From: Lenisia limosa
Lineage: Eukaryota > Protista > Breviatea
DNA length: 54,965 nucleotides
NCBI GenBank assembly: GCA_001655205.1
Contig: LPNZ01008506.1
Coordinates: forward strand, 1 to 54,965
Direction: 5' to 3'
Part shown: piece after piece, positions 26,175 through 37,415 of the stretch
Layout: the number at the start of each line of letters is the position of its first letter
Numbering within the stretch: position 1 is the stretch's first letter
Translations under genes and position numbers: made by a program
The notes under the pieces: generated by a model
The model's database searches: none
What the model saw: only the letters and a program-made list of their open reading frames with translations
What the model was told of the DNA's origin: nothing

Positions 26175-27962
26175 ATGTAAGTTCCCTTTTCTGAGGAATC
26201 TCTTATCCTTTAGGGCCCCTGAAAAGGTTACTATTATCGGCTCCGGCAACTGGTATGTGTAAATTGTGATTTTTTTGATCTCATGTTTTCTTTCAGGGGT
26301 TCAGCAATTGCCAAGGTTATTGGAACCACTGCTGCCAAATGCGACAGATTCGACACAGATGTCAGAGTAAGACTAGCCTTCACCTTTGCCTAATTTCCCA
26401 GATGTGGGTTTTTGAGGAAGTTGTCAATGGCCGCAAATTGACTGAGATCATCAATTCTGAGCATGAAAACGTGAAGTACCTTCCTGGTAAGCTGCCCAAT
26501 GGACCAGTTTTTTTTTCTTATGATCAGGCATCAAGCTTCCCAAGAATGTTCGCGCTGAGCCTGACCTTGTCAAGGCGGTCAAGGACTCCTCTATCCTTGT
26601 GTTTGTCCTCCCCCATCAGGTCTGAATAAATGGATTGATGATATACATAAGGGTTTTTTACTGACACCATTAGTTCATTGGACGTGTGTGCAAGACAATT
26701 CGTGGTCACGTTTCTCCCAATGTCAAGGCTATTTCCCTCATCAAGGTATGTGAAGGCACGCCAAGGAGATGGTATTTCTTCAGGCCCAGTCTTTGTTGGG
26801 TCTCTATTGGCAGTTTTCCACGCTCTGTCATCCTGTGTTTTCCTCCCGATGTTGGCAATCAACCTTTTAGGGTGTTCTCTTTGACGACAAGGGTGTTGTC
26901 CTCATCTCGGATATGATCCGCAAGGCCCTCCAGTGCGAGGTAAGATTTGACAAGAATCATTGTTTAATAACACTCCCAGGTTTCTGTCCTTATGGGTGCC
27001 AACATTGCTACCGAGGTTGCCCGCGAGCAGTACTGCGAAACCACTGTCGGTATGCCAGGAGGGTAATGAATTCTGGAATATTCCATGTTATCGCCACGTG
27101 CTGCCTGACATGACACTTGTAGGAACCCGCAACCCCGAACACGGCGAACTCTTCTGTGAACTCTTCCGTGTCCCTTATTTCAGAGTACGAGCATTGCAAC
27201 ACCTCCCACCCCAGTTACCCTTGTTTTCACTTCTTAGCCCTCTGCCGTTGGTGATGTTGCCGGAGTTGAGCTCTGCGGAGCCCTCAAGAACGTCGTCGCT
27301 CTCGGTGCTGGCTTCTGTGACGGACTGGGGTGAGAGTTGCTCCTTGTTAAATATTACTTCGGGCTTTATCTTACACGTCCATATACGTTCACCGAATGAC
27401 GGGTGTGACTATTCAGGCTTGGAAACAACACCAAGGCCGCCATCATGCGTCAAGGTCTTGATGAGATCAAGCGCTTCTGCCAGTACTACTTTGCAGGTGT
27501 CAAGGAGTCCACTTTCCTCCAGGTATGGCTTTGCTTCATTCGGTCAATTGACTTATTTCTTAGTCCTGCGGTGTGGCCGATCTGATTACGACCTGCTATG
27601 GAGGACGTAACCGCAAGTGTGCCGACGCTTATGCCAGAAATGGAGGTGAAGAGGGGCTGCTTTGTTGGCTCTATCCTGGCTCTGTTTGGCCCTTTGGGTT
27701 GTTGGATTGGAGTTAACCATTGAAGGTCGCAAGGGATGGGAGCAGCTTGAGAAGGAGCTTCTGAAGGGACAAAGTCTCCAGGGCCGTACCACCAGCATGG
27801 AGGTCCATCATATCATCAAGCGTGACGGGCTCCTCAAGGACTTCCCCCTTCATGTTGCTGTCTACAAGGTCTGTCTCTCCCATTGTCTTCCGCATCCTCA
27901 CCGTTTAGGTTTGCTACGAAGGCATGGCCCCTAAGGACATCTTCCGTGAAATTGCTCTTTAA
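26175..27962 (+). CDS. GPD1: NAD-dependent glycerol-3-phosphate dehydrogenase (GPD1 family), 14 exons
   Basis: [128 protein letters not shown]. Stop TAA at 27960-27962. Confidence 0.97.
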
Positions 27963-28248
27963 ATTGTGTGCCTGTGTTTTTCTGTTGTTTTCTTTAATTT
28001 ACCTTTTCAATCCCTCACATGTTAACTTTAGATCAAAGATCCCTTCCAGGTCTTATTGCCCTTTGGCCCGTTGCTCACGCAAAGCAAACCTGGTTGGACA
28101 AAAGGTGTAGCGCGGCCAAATTAAATTATATCAGTGGCAAGTGACCTCCTCTCTCTCGTGATTCTCAAGCTTGATGGCAATTTGAAGGAAAAAAAAATAA
28201 AAAAAAAATACAAAATCACATGAATCAGAGAAATCAGAACGGGACACT

Positions 28249-31200
28249 TTAGGTCTCATTAAACAGGAAAGGAAGGTGGGACGTAACAATGTCAAAGTAG
28301 TACTGCCAAAACTCAGCCTCGGCAATGGGGTAGCCCTATGATCGTTAATGGTATATTACATAAATTTAACAAGTTCTAAAAAAACAGCCCACTCACTTCG
28401 ATCCACGGGAGAATCCATGGTTTGATGTAGCCCCACATAAGCATGACGATAAGAGCGAAACTAATGATGTTGATGAGCCACTCCCATTTATCAGCCCAAG
28501 CCTCAATATTCTTCAGTGTGTTGTTCTGAACAAGTTATTTAACTGACATAGCGCATGAAAAGAGGTGGAAAGACATCGCAATCCTCACCTCAGCGTTAAT
28601 ATTTTTGAGGTCCTCAGCAGCGTCAACCTTGAGAGTCAGCACGTTGTACCTTTTACACTATCATACTTACAGTGACCGGGATAAGTCTTGACCGATTTTT
28701 TTTAGGAAATCATGGCAAGTCGGTCAAGACTTATCCAGGTCACTGTAATATTACATAAGCAGAAGAGCCAACACTCGCATAGACGCCAAACATACCTTGT
28801 TCATTACCACAACGACAGGAACCTTATCGCCCACGTTCTCCCGTTCCTCAACCTGAAACGTTAACACTCATCAAATCATCCAAATAACAAGAACATTTGA
28901 GGCATATTGCCTTTTTTGTTCCAAAAAGATAACATGAAACAAAGTATCACCTTTATTGTAGTGGCCATCCATGCTCAAGTCACAACGGCTTACCTTGGCG
29001 GCGGCCGCAGCGGTGCCGAAGAGCTGCTTCCCTCTCCTCATGGCCTCGTGCATGCCTTCACCAACATGGAGCAAGTCCGTGAAGCCGAACCTACAGATGA
29101 GTTGCTGCAGACTGGCATGGACACAAACCTGACGAGAACGTTGTGAGACTTGCTAGCCTTCATGGGCTGGACATGGACTCGTCTCGGCAACGTGATTTTG
29201 GCCTTCTGTGTGGGGAGTTCGGAGAGCTTGGTTGTGGGCACAACTTGCTTGTTCTAAACGGCAAGTCAGTGACAACAGTTATGTGGGTAATTATTCGAGA
29301 CAAGACGGGGGCAGGAGAACGAAGGGGTTTTTCTTTTTTATTACATCCTGCGTAATATTTTTGCAACAGTTCTTTTGATCAATAAAATTAAATTAAACAA
29401 AACAAAACAAAAAAGCCTACCCGCTTTCGCTTGCGCTTGCGTTTTGAGCACGACTCAGCACCTTGATCCATGGCATCTAAGGGTGTCAAAGCAGGAAAGC
29501 ATGCGCAAAAAAAGAGAGAATGGTGTCGCTTACCTTCCTCATCCTGTTCTTCCTCTTTGTCTTGGCTCGGCTCTTCCTCTTCCTCCTCTGCCTTCGGATC
29601 ACGGATTCCACTGATGATGATCTTCGACTTTGGTCTGGAGGGATAAGCTCCACATAAACAGCATTAACCACCTATAAGTTGGTCCGTTACACTACGGCCA
29701 CACATACCTGCTGAGTTCGACAGCCTGGAAGGTTCTGATCTGCTGCACGTCCTCCTCGTCTTCCTTCTGCCACCGTTCAACATCCTCCTGCAAGAGTGAT
29801 GCTCATCCAAGGGGGGGGGGNNNNNNNNNNNNNNNNNNNNNNNNNNNNNNNNNNNNNNNNNNNNNNNNNNNNNNNNNNNNNNNNNNNNNAAAGATCACTC
29901 AGTGAGAGGAGAGGGGAAATATTCTCCATGTGATGCGGTGTTGCAGTACGTACATATATTATTGTTCATTCATTACAAGTTTCCAAGGCACACCTTCGTT
30001 GGTTTGCCATTTTCGTTCTTTCGGACGTAATCTCGCCTCGATCTGTTCTTCCTCAGAATCTTCTGCCTTGCAAGCTTAGCTATAGTGTATTAGAAGAGGT
30101 ACATACCATTTGCCAATCTACATCTTCAGTTAACAAAAGATCGCAAATAAAACAAATCAGATATTTCTCAATGAATTCTGTTTGTCTTATTGAAGAATAC
30201 AGATATGGAAGTGATCACATCCTATACCTTTCTCGGCCATTTCCTTCTTCTCGGGCTCCGGATCCTCGGCAGAAATTGACTGCAATCTAAAACAGTGACT
30301 GACTGCTGAGGTTTCTCATGCGTCTTAAACCTGCAAAGACGTGACCAGATAATATGCTTAACATCATTTTAAAAGCTCTTCCTCCAAGCTTCAAGGGAAT
30401 TCGGGCAGGCATTCAAGAAGACCCCCCCCCCCCCCNNNNNNNNNNNNNNNNNNNNNNNNNNNNNNNNNNNNNNNNNNNNNNNNNNNNNNNNNNNNNNNNN
30501 NNNNNNNNNNNNNNNNNNNNNNNNNNNNTGCGGCTGAGGTGTGAGTGAACGCAGTCGCAAAATGAACCATATTTATCCTTTCATACCGATTTGTCGGGAG
30601 CACTCCTTCGGGATAATAGCAGTAACAAAGAGATCACCAGTAACTTCCATTGCTCCTAATACGTCAGAAAATAAGAACGAGGCTGGGAAGGTAGTTTTAA
30701 AAACCAAATCTGACCATGTTGCTTCGATTCGCCTTCATAATGAGTGAAACTGTCCTTCCATTGTACCGTAATTTCGCCATGCTACATGGTGACATCACTC
30801 CTTGTATCCAAGCCACAAATGATTGGGTGAATTAATATTATACTATAATCCAATATCTGGTGTGGACGGCTTCGGCCTGATACAACCTTATTTATTGCTC
30901 ATTATATCCAAGCCACAAACCTCTTCCGGGAACGGCTCGTCACTTTCCATCGGCCGTCCGTCCTCGAGGTACTTCATGTTTTGGAAGCTCTCCAAAACGT
31001 CATCTGCTCCCTCCTATACATAATTAATATGCGATATAACATTATTCTCTTCCCCAACAACGTAACATTGCTACATTACATACAAAAGTGAGAATTCTGA
31101 AGCCTTCCACCATCACGGTTCCCATATTACAATCCTCTTTCTTTGGCTCACCAAAAGTGCGTCAACGATATTGCGGTCTTCAGGGTATGTCGTGAGGTCG

Positions 31201-32608
31201 ACGGGGATGGAGGCAGAGATGCGGTGGAACTTATCCAGCAGGTTGGCCTTGGTTTTGAAGGTGGCGGCTGTCATGCATTCCTAAAAAGTCAACCTGTGGT
31301 TTTTGGGGTGAAAATATTTATAGATCTGCAGAAATGGGAAACCAAATGACCGGAACTGTCCAAATCTCATGTTTAGGATGATAGGAAAAGCTATCATATT
31401 AATTGCCTGGGAAGACCTCAAATCCTTAAGTGGCCCATTCGATTAGAGCCCCCTCTCCCTCATGCTTACTTCAGGGGTGGTGGCCTCGAGCATGTTAATC
31501 CAGCTCGCTGTGATTCTGGGGTGTAAGTAAAGGTTGCAGATCAAAATACAATAATATATTGTTCCTTCGAGCATGCTCTGATCAAAATTCTCAATTCTGG
31601 ACTTCTCTCACTTGGAGCCTTCATTTGTGACAAAGAGACGGTGGGTGACTGGGGGGTAGTCGTCTTGTGCGAAAGAAGGGATGAAGGAAATGGGGGAACC
31701 CTTTGCGGCTCTGGCTGCCATAAACTAAACAATAAAATTCCATCTTTTCAAATTATAATTTTGAAAAACTCGTTTCCTATACCCCGCTTTATTTAGGTTT
31801 AAAATAATCCTGGCGTATTGCACTACCCAGTGCATCGGCAAACCTGGAACGCGCCGGGCAGGATGGCGTCTCCCTTGGGGTTCTTGAAGGCTATGCCAAC
31901 AACATCCAGTCCACCAGGCATGACGGAGGCGACCTAACAAGTGTGTGAAGAACACAAGTGATTGGGTCGAATTAAGAACACTGATGTATGATATATTTAG
32001 TGTGATTTGATAGAAAACAGAGTCTACTTTTCTAGAAAGCAATTCACTCTAATACATTAGAAAATTTAAAGCTCAGAAAGCCAGGTTCTGCGATGAACTA
32101 ACATGCACCGTAACCTTAGTAAAACGCTTTGCTCACACATTTACCCATAAAACCACCACAAGCTTCGCAAATCACTGTGGCTAACCTTCATATTTCATTC
32201 ACATGCATGTTTTATAGGATGATTAAACAAATCATGACATTGTACTGTAGTAATCTTCAGATGCATGAAACTGAAAAAAGAAGTCATTTCCACTTACATG
32301 TCCGCAGAATAGAGCAAGCGCCAACCCATTAATGCCTCCATTATCTATCAAAATAAGACGGAGTAATCAGGGATTGATTGTAAAAAGGAGGGGGAAGGTA
32401 CATACCGGTGAAAACATCACAGGGAATTGCCGAAAGTACATGAACGCGACTTCCCCACTGCAAAAGTGAGCAAAGAAAGCAAGAAGAGAATTAGGTCAAC
32501 GCTAACCCTTCCTATAAGAATGTATATTCCTCCTGGTCCGCCTCTTTTGGCGATTTCCTCCTCAACAAAGGTGTCTATGACGACCTGGTTCGCCACTTCC
32601 TCTCCCAT
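28249..32608 (-). CDS. ODR-4-like protein (MPN-like N-terminal domain, C-terminal transmembrane helix), multi-exon
   Basis: N-terminus MGEEVANQVVIDTFVEEEI...IYILIGR|WGSRVHVLSAIPC...FCGH|VASVMPGGLDVVGI resembles the ODR-4 QVSRMLPGGLLVLGV motif. An acidic/basic linker follows, then a C-terminal hydrophobic helix WLINIISFALIVMLMWGYI. A single gene across two N-gaps is assumed. Confidence 0.62.
28670..28745. mobile_element. 76-bp Tc1/mariner-type MITE (family C) in an ODR-4-like intron
   Basis: 26-bp TIRs CAGTGACCGGGATAAGTCTTGACCGA (28670-28695) and TCGGTCAAGACTTATCCAGGTCACTG (28720-28745) with 1 mismatch. TA on both flanks. Confidence 0.88.
30820..30904 (+). mobile_element. Family E repeat, copy 3, flanked by a 15-bp direct repeat (probable TSD)
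   Basis: TATCCAAGCCACAAA at 30805-30819 and 30905-30919 brackets the repeat body. Confidence 0.8.
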
Positions 32609-32841
32609 TGCAGAAGAAGAAAGAAAAAAAATTGGTTCTTGTCTTTCTAAACTATATTAGCTAGTTCTGTATACACAGTGATGCTAAAATCTTGATCGGA
32701 CAGTGAGTTTCCTGGAAAACAAAATGTTTTACAATGATTACGAAATTAGACTGCTTAAAAGAGCTGCTTCGATTCTCCTCAGCCCTCTTTCATTATAAAT
32801 AATAGAAAGCAATACGATCAACTGAATATTTGCAGGAAATA

Positions 32842-35148
32842 ATGGAGAGACGGCTTCCCCCTCACCCTCCTCCTTGGATCAAGTCCTACTTCGCCTTCTT
32901 TTCCAAACTTCAGGTCGGGAGCATTTTCTGTGATACATTCTCTAAATATTTAACATTTTAGTTTTCGTCAGCGATAGCGTCGTGTAAAAAAGGAGGACTG
33001 GACTCTGCAGCCGATTGTGGGAGAATCTACAGTCTCAAGAACATCTTGTTTGCATTGGATGTCAAGCAAAGGCGAAGTGTTTTGTTTTCGGTGAAATCCG
33101 GATTTAATTTCTCTTTTAATCATATTCTTAATCCTTAGATTTTCACTTAACTGACACTTCTAAGGATAACGGTTGCATTCATTTATCTAGGTGTGACCTT
33201 GGGGAAGCGGAGGACGCTAGAAACTCAGCATCTTTTGCAGATGCACGATTCAGTTCAGTGGAAGTATGCTCTTTTTTTTTTGGCCTTTTTTCTGTCTTCT
33301 AATGGATGTGGATAATAAACTTTATCAAAGTACATTGAAGGAGCTCATAGCCTAGGCGCTCAATAATCGCTATGTCACCATCACAAACGAGGCGTCCCGC
33401 GTTATAGATGAGCTCAATGGTGGGTGGTTCTGTCATATTAGGTCCTCATGGTGGTCTCAAATGGGGAAATCGATTTCGACATTAGCTATGTTTTATTTAT
33501 TTTTGAAACAAGAGAAATTTAGGGAACAAATAAATACGATACCATAAACAAATTACCATACTCTCGTGCCCACGCTCCTTGGCGCCACTACCCCGTAACA
33601 GACTAGGTATTTGGATACTGAATAACCTTTCAGAAAAGTCGACATTTACCACCACGAAAGGTCACCATACAAGAACTGCGCCCTCACCACTGACTAAGTT
33701 GGGCAGCTATCACTGATCATATATATCTATCATACTGTATCAAATTTGACACCGGATCTTTCCTCCTCTTGAGGTGCTGTTTCACATTTTGAAACAATCA
33801 CACCATTGTACCATGTATTGAAACTCTATTATGTTATCTGACACCCAGCTCACCATCAATGGCTATAACAACTGGAAAGTCAATTTCATCTCCTACTTCT
33901 GTCTCAATGGTAGGCGGATGGAATGCGACTTTACCTTTACTGAATTCCTCGAAAGTCCTCACAGTGTGTAGAGCCCAAATGTTGCAAGTCCCACTTTAGA
34001 CGTTGGGGGGTTAATGACTAATACTTGCCTTGTTTCTCTGTCAAATTTTCCTTCATTGCTTGCAGTACCAAAGCGGCGAGCCCGGGTCTTATGTTGCTCG
34101 TGATGATCCTCCTCTACCCCAGGTTCCTACTCCGGATTCACCTTTGGGTAAGGAAACTTCATTTGGAAGGATTTGTGCTGCAATCATGAAAGAATGGAAA
34201 AAATCATTTTGGCTACAGTTGGGGTATTATGCAATGTGTAAATAATTAACACTAATTATTTGTTTTCGTTTCTCACACGAGGGCAGTTCAATCTTGGCCT
34301 ATTGCTATCCTTCAAGATGTTTGTAATTTGTCAATCGCATTCCAAGCAGTTCTTCAAATGTAAGGAAGTGAATATTCTCACATTAGCTCTCACACTGCAT
34401 AGCTATATGGCCCTAACAAGTCCAAACACGGAGTGGAAGGTTCAGGCTGAAAGTGCACGACAGGTTGGTCACTGGCTGGTTTTCAGGACATTTCATTCGA
34501 AATTTTCTTGACATTGTAGATTGGAGTGGCGGTGTCAGAGAGGATTTGCCACCCTCTTCTGTCGCCTTATAGAAAACATTTAGTGTAAGAGACCTAATGT
34601 GCATCAATTCATAACTGTTTAGTTGCGAAGTGACTCTCTTGCACCAGATTTGTGCTGTACATCATGATACAACTAATTTGAATTTCTTGGTTGGAGGCTT
34701 TCCTGTTCTTTCATTTTTAAATATGATATGACATCAGCAGTTGAGACTTATTCAATCCTCCAGGATTCCTCTCTTCTGATCCCTCGGCTCATAAAGGCTA
34801 CAAAGATGTTCAAACAGCCCGAAAAACCAGAAAGGGGACAGGTATTTTTGGAAATGAAGAAAGCAAATTCCTAAAAACAACAAGTTACTGACCACGTAGA
34901 CGCTGTTCCTCTCCAATTGGCTTTACCTCTTCGCATTTCAGGAGCTTGTCCGTTTTAGCTTGCTATTTGATTCCACATTACGCTCGCACAGTGTTTCCAA
35001 GAAGGTATGTACGGTATACAAAGCATTTTAATTGAAATGGAATTTTCGATCTGATTAGTTTAGCACCAGTTCTTCCAATCATTCCCGCGACTGCCTCAAA
35101 CTGCGCATTCCCTCGACATCCCAACATTGTGGGCTGGCTGTATTTTAG
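32842..35148 (+). CDS. Hypothetical multi-exon protein
   Basis: MERRLPPHPPPWIKSYFAFFSKLQ| then GT-AG bounded exons (RRVKKEDWTLQPIVGE..., ETYSILQDSSLLIPRLIK..., TLFLSNWLYLFAFQELVRF..., ...QHCGLAVF*). Frames of the middle exons are ambiguous. Confidence 0.45.
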
Positions 35149-35263
35149 ATAATGAGTAGTACCACCATGCTGGTGTGGGGATACAGTCTCATACAATACA
35201 CTTAAAATGTACTGTGGCCAAAGTCGCTCTTACGCTCTTATTTCTTGGATTCTAAGCCTGTTT

Positions 35264-37240
35264 TTATATTCCACTTAGCGGTAAGAGATGGGTATCCTGC
35301 CCTGATGTATTGGCAATACTTGACGTTATCTGACTGTTTAGACTGAAGGCCGTATCTTCCAGCGTCTCCATTTTGCTCTTCGCTGTTGGTGCTGACCTGC
35401 AACCGGGCCAAGAAACGCCGGTTCGGGGAATTTGCTTCGTGTTAAGGGGCAAGAAGAGCATTCTCTGCCTTTTCTTTTTTGATCAATTATCACCAACCTT
35501 TTTATTGGGGCTTCGTATGCTGGGGAGGCACGCAGAAACTGTGTGCACAGAGTTGTAAGGCAAATGATACAATTCAATATCTCTTATATGCGTGATGGTG
35601 TGGACGGCTTCTGCCAGATACAACCTTGTTTTTTTATTTCTCATTGCTCTATAATATATCGAGATGCTGAAGGTCCAAAATTATGTCGTTAATTCGAATT
35701 AATGTCGTTAATTATTTACGGTCGCCAAATCAGCTATTCCCCTTCAACACAGTAATATACACACTTTATTTGTTTGTGAAGGGAAGAAAAGAAAAAAAAT
35801 AACCTTTAATTTTACTTTTTGCAAGATCAACAAACTTTATCGCGAAAATAATTATTTTATTTTTTTAGCGCTTCGCTCGCGCAATTTTATTTCAGTTTAT
35901 GCTCGCATTTTTCTCATATGTCCTTTTTTACGAGTTAAATTGTTGTGAAAAGTTGACCGTAACATGAAAAAGAGACAGTCACAAATTAACAACAATAATT
36001 CGACTTAACAACGTTTAGGACCTCGAGCATAAAGTCATTTGCCTCATTAATGACGATTTTAGGGCTACGTTTGCCCAGATAACGAAAGAGATCCGCCCAT
36101 TCTCTCTGGAATGCAGGCTCATCCATCTCTCTTCGCGTTCCCTCTCATGGTTTGTCCAAGTTGAATTTTTTGTCCTTTTTTTTCTTTATTTTCCATACAG
36201 AAGTGAGCTACTTTTACAGATCTATCAAACCCATTTTATACCGTAGACTGCGGAGGCGTACCAAAACTTTTGGCCATCCATTGTATCGATGGCAATGACG
36301 TTGGCGCCGCCGGAGTCGTTTGTTGAAAAAGGCAAGGTGTGTGACGGAAGGTTCAAATAAGCCCATTGTATTTCACAAGGTACTGTACAGTGCAGATGGC
36401 GTGACAAGCGAGCAACCCTTGGTTATGGATGCAATGTAAAAGTGAATATGAGAAAACAAGCATGTTTATTGGTTGTGTTGCACCAGTTTTACAAGGTTCC
36501 TTAGACAAAGCTGAAGAAGTCATCCGTTACCTTCAGCGACCGACACGCTGGTTTCTCCTATATTGTTGCGTAGGGGGGGGGGGTCCCCTTTTTGTCCGCA
36601 AAAGGCTCCGTTCCGTGGTTCTAATTATAGCAGACGGCCTGATAACCGATTTTTCGTTGCTTGTGTTTACGCTACTGCTAATAAAAGTACAGATGGTTGG
36701 TGGGGCATACGCAGTAATACCAGAAAGTTGTTAGGGGTGACAAAACAGCCACACACATAACTACACTGAGCTACTTTGTATTATGAAATGCGTGCATTAC
36801 TAGTTGGCGGACTTGGTATGATGTTAATAGTATAGTTGCTGCCATGTCTGTGGTGGAGTCCACAGTTTGCGCCTTACAGCCCCATTTCATGTTAAGTAAA
36901 CTTGGAACTAGGTTTGCTGATACTGGGAGGTCTTGCCTGATTTTTTTTATTTTTTATCTTAAGACAGCCTTGATTGTCGCCTTGGAAGTGCTGTGATAAA
37001 TTTTGTAGATGATTTTGCATCTTTGTTGTTCTTATGCCCAAAATTACACGGTATTCTGTCAAGGCCAAGATGGGTCGGTTTCTATGCTGTGGATGTTCTT
37101 TTGTTTCCTTTTCAATGTATTTAATGTTTTACGGTTTAGAAAAGAATTACAATTTTTTTGGCATCATTATATTCAGATCCTCCTCGATTCAGATATCCAT
37201 GAAATCATATTGCCTTTTAACATATGTACATACAAAAAAC
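35264..37240 (-). CDS. Possible hypothetical multi-exon protein containing one PQQ/beta-propeller-like motif
   Basis: Candidate exons GANVIAIDTMDGQKFWYASAVYG (about 36230-36330), MDEPAFQREWADLFRYLGK and a last exon 35264-35467. Start and exon chain unresolved. Confidence 0.33.
35523..35657 (+). repeat. Family E repeat, copy 4 (longer form)
   Basis: CAATATCTCTTATATGCGTGATGGTGTGGACGGCTTCTGCCAGATACAACCTTGTTTTTTATTTCTCATTGCTCTATAATAT. The upstream GGAGGCAC.CAGAAA..GGCAAATGAT is shared with 54894. Confidence 0.78.
35664..36030. mobile_element. ~367-bp MITE-like element (family D), full copy with ~48-bp imperfect TIRs
   Basis: Left end ATGCTGAAGGTCCAAAATTATGTCGTTAATTCGAATTAATGTCGTTAATT matches the reverse complement of the right end AATTAACAACAATAATTCGACTTAACAACGTTTAGGACCTCGAGCAT. 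The body is shared with 38691-39002. Confidence 0.85.
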
Positions 37241-37415
37241 CATGGGTAGTAAAAGAGAGACAAAGACCCAAATAAAAACAACACATGCAAAAACCAAAAA
37301 CTAAAAATGTGCAAATATCATAGAAAATCAAAAAAATCAAGAACTAAGATTAAATGTGGAATTTAACCAGTTAAATCACTATTAAACAGTCAGATTAGTT
37401 AAATCAGTGCTCAAG

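Noticed and set aside
28590-28855. Small-GTPase G4 motif (VPVVVVMNK|VD) or a SNARE gene in the 28.2-29.3 kb region
   Set aside because: There is no P-loop or switch motif and no clear SNARE heptad. The upstream exons and C-terminal helix fit a single ODR-4-like gene better.
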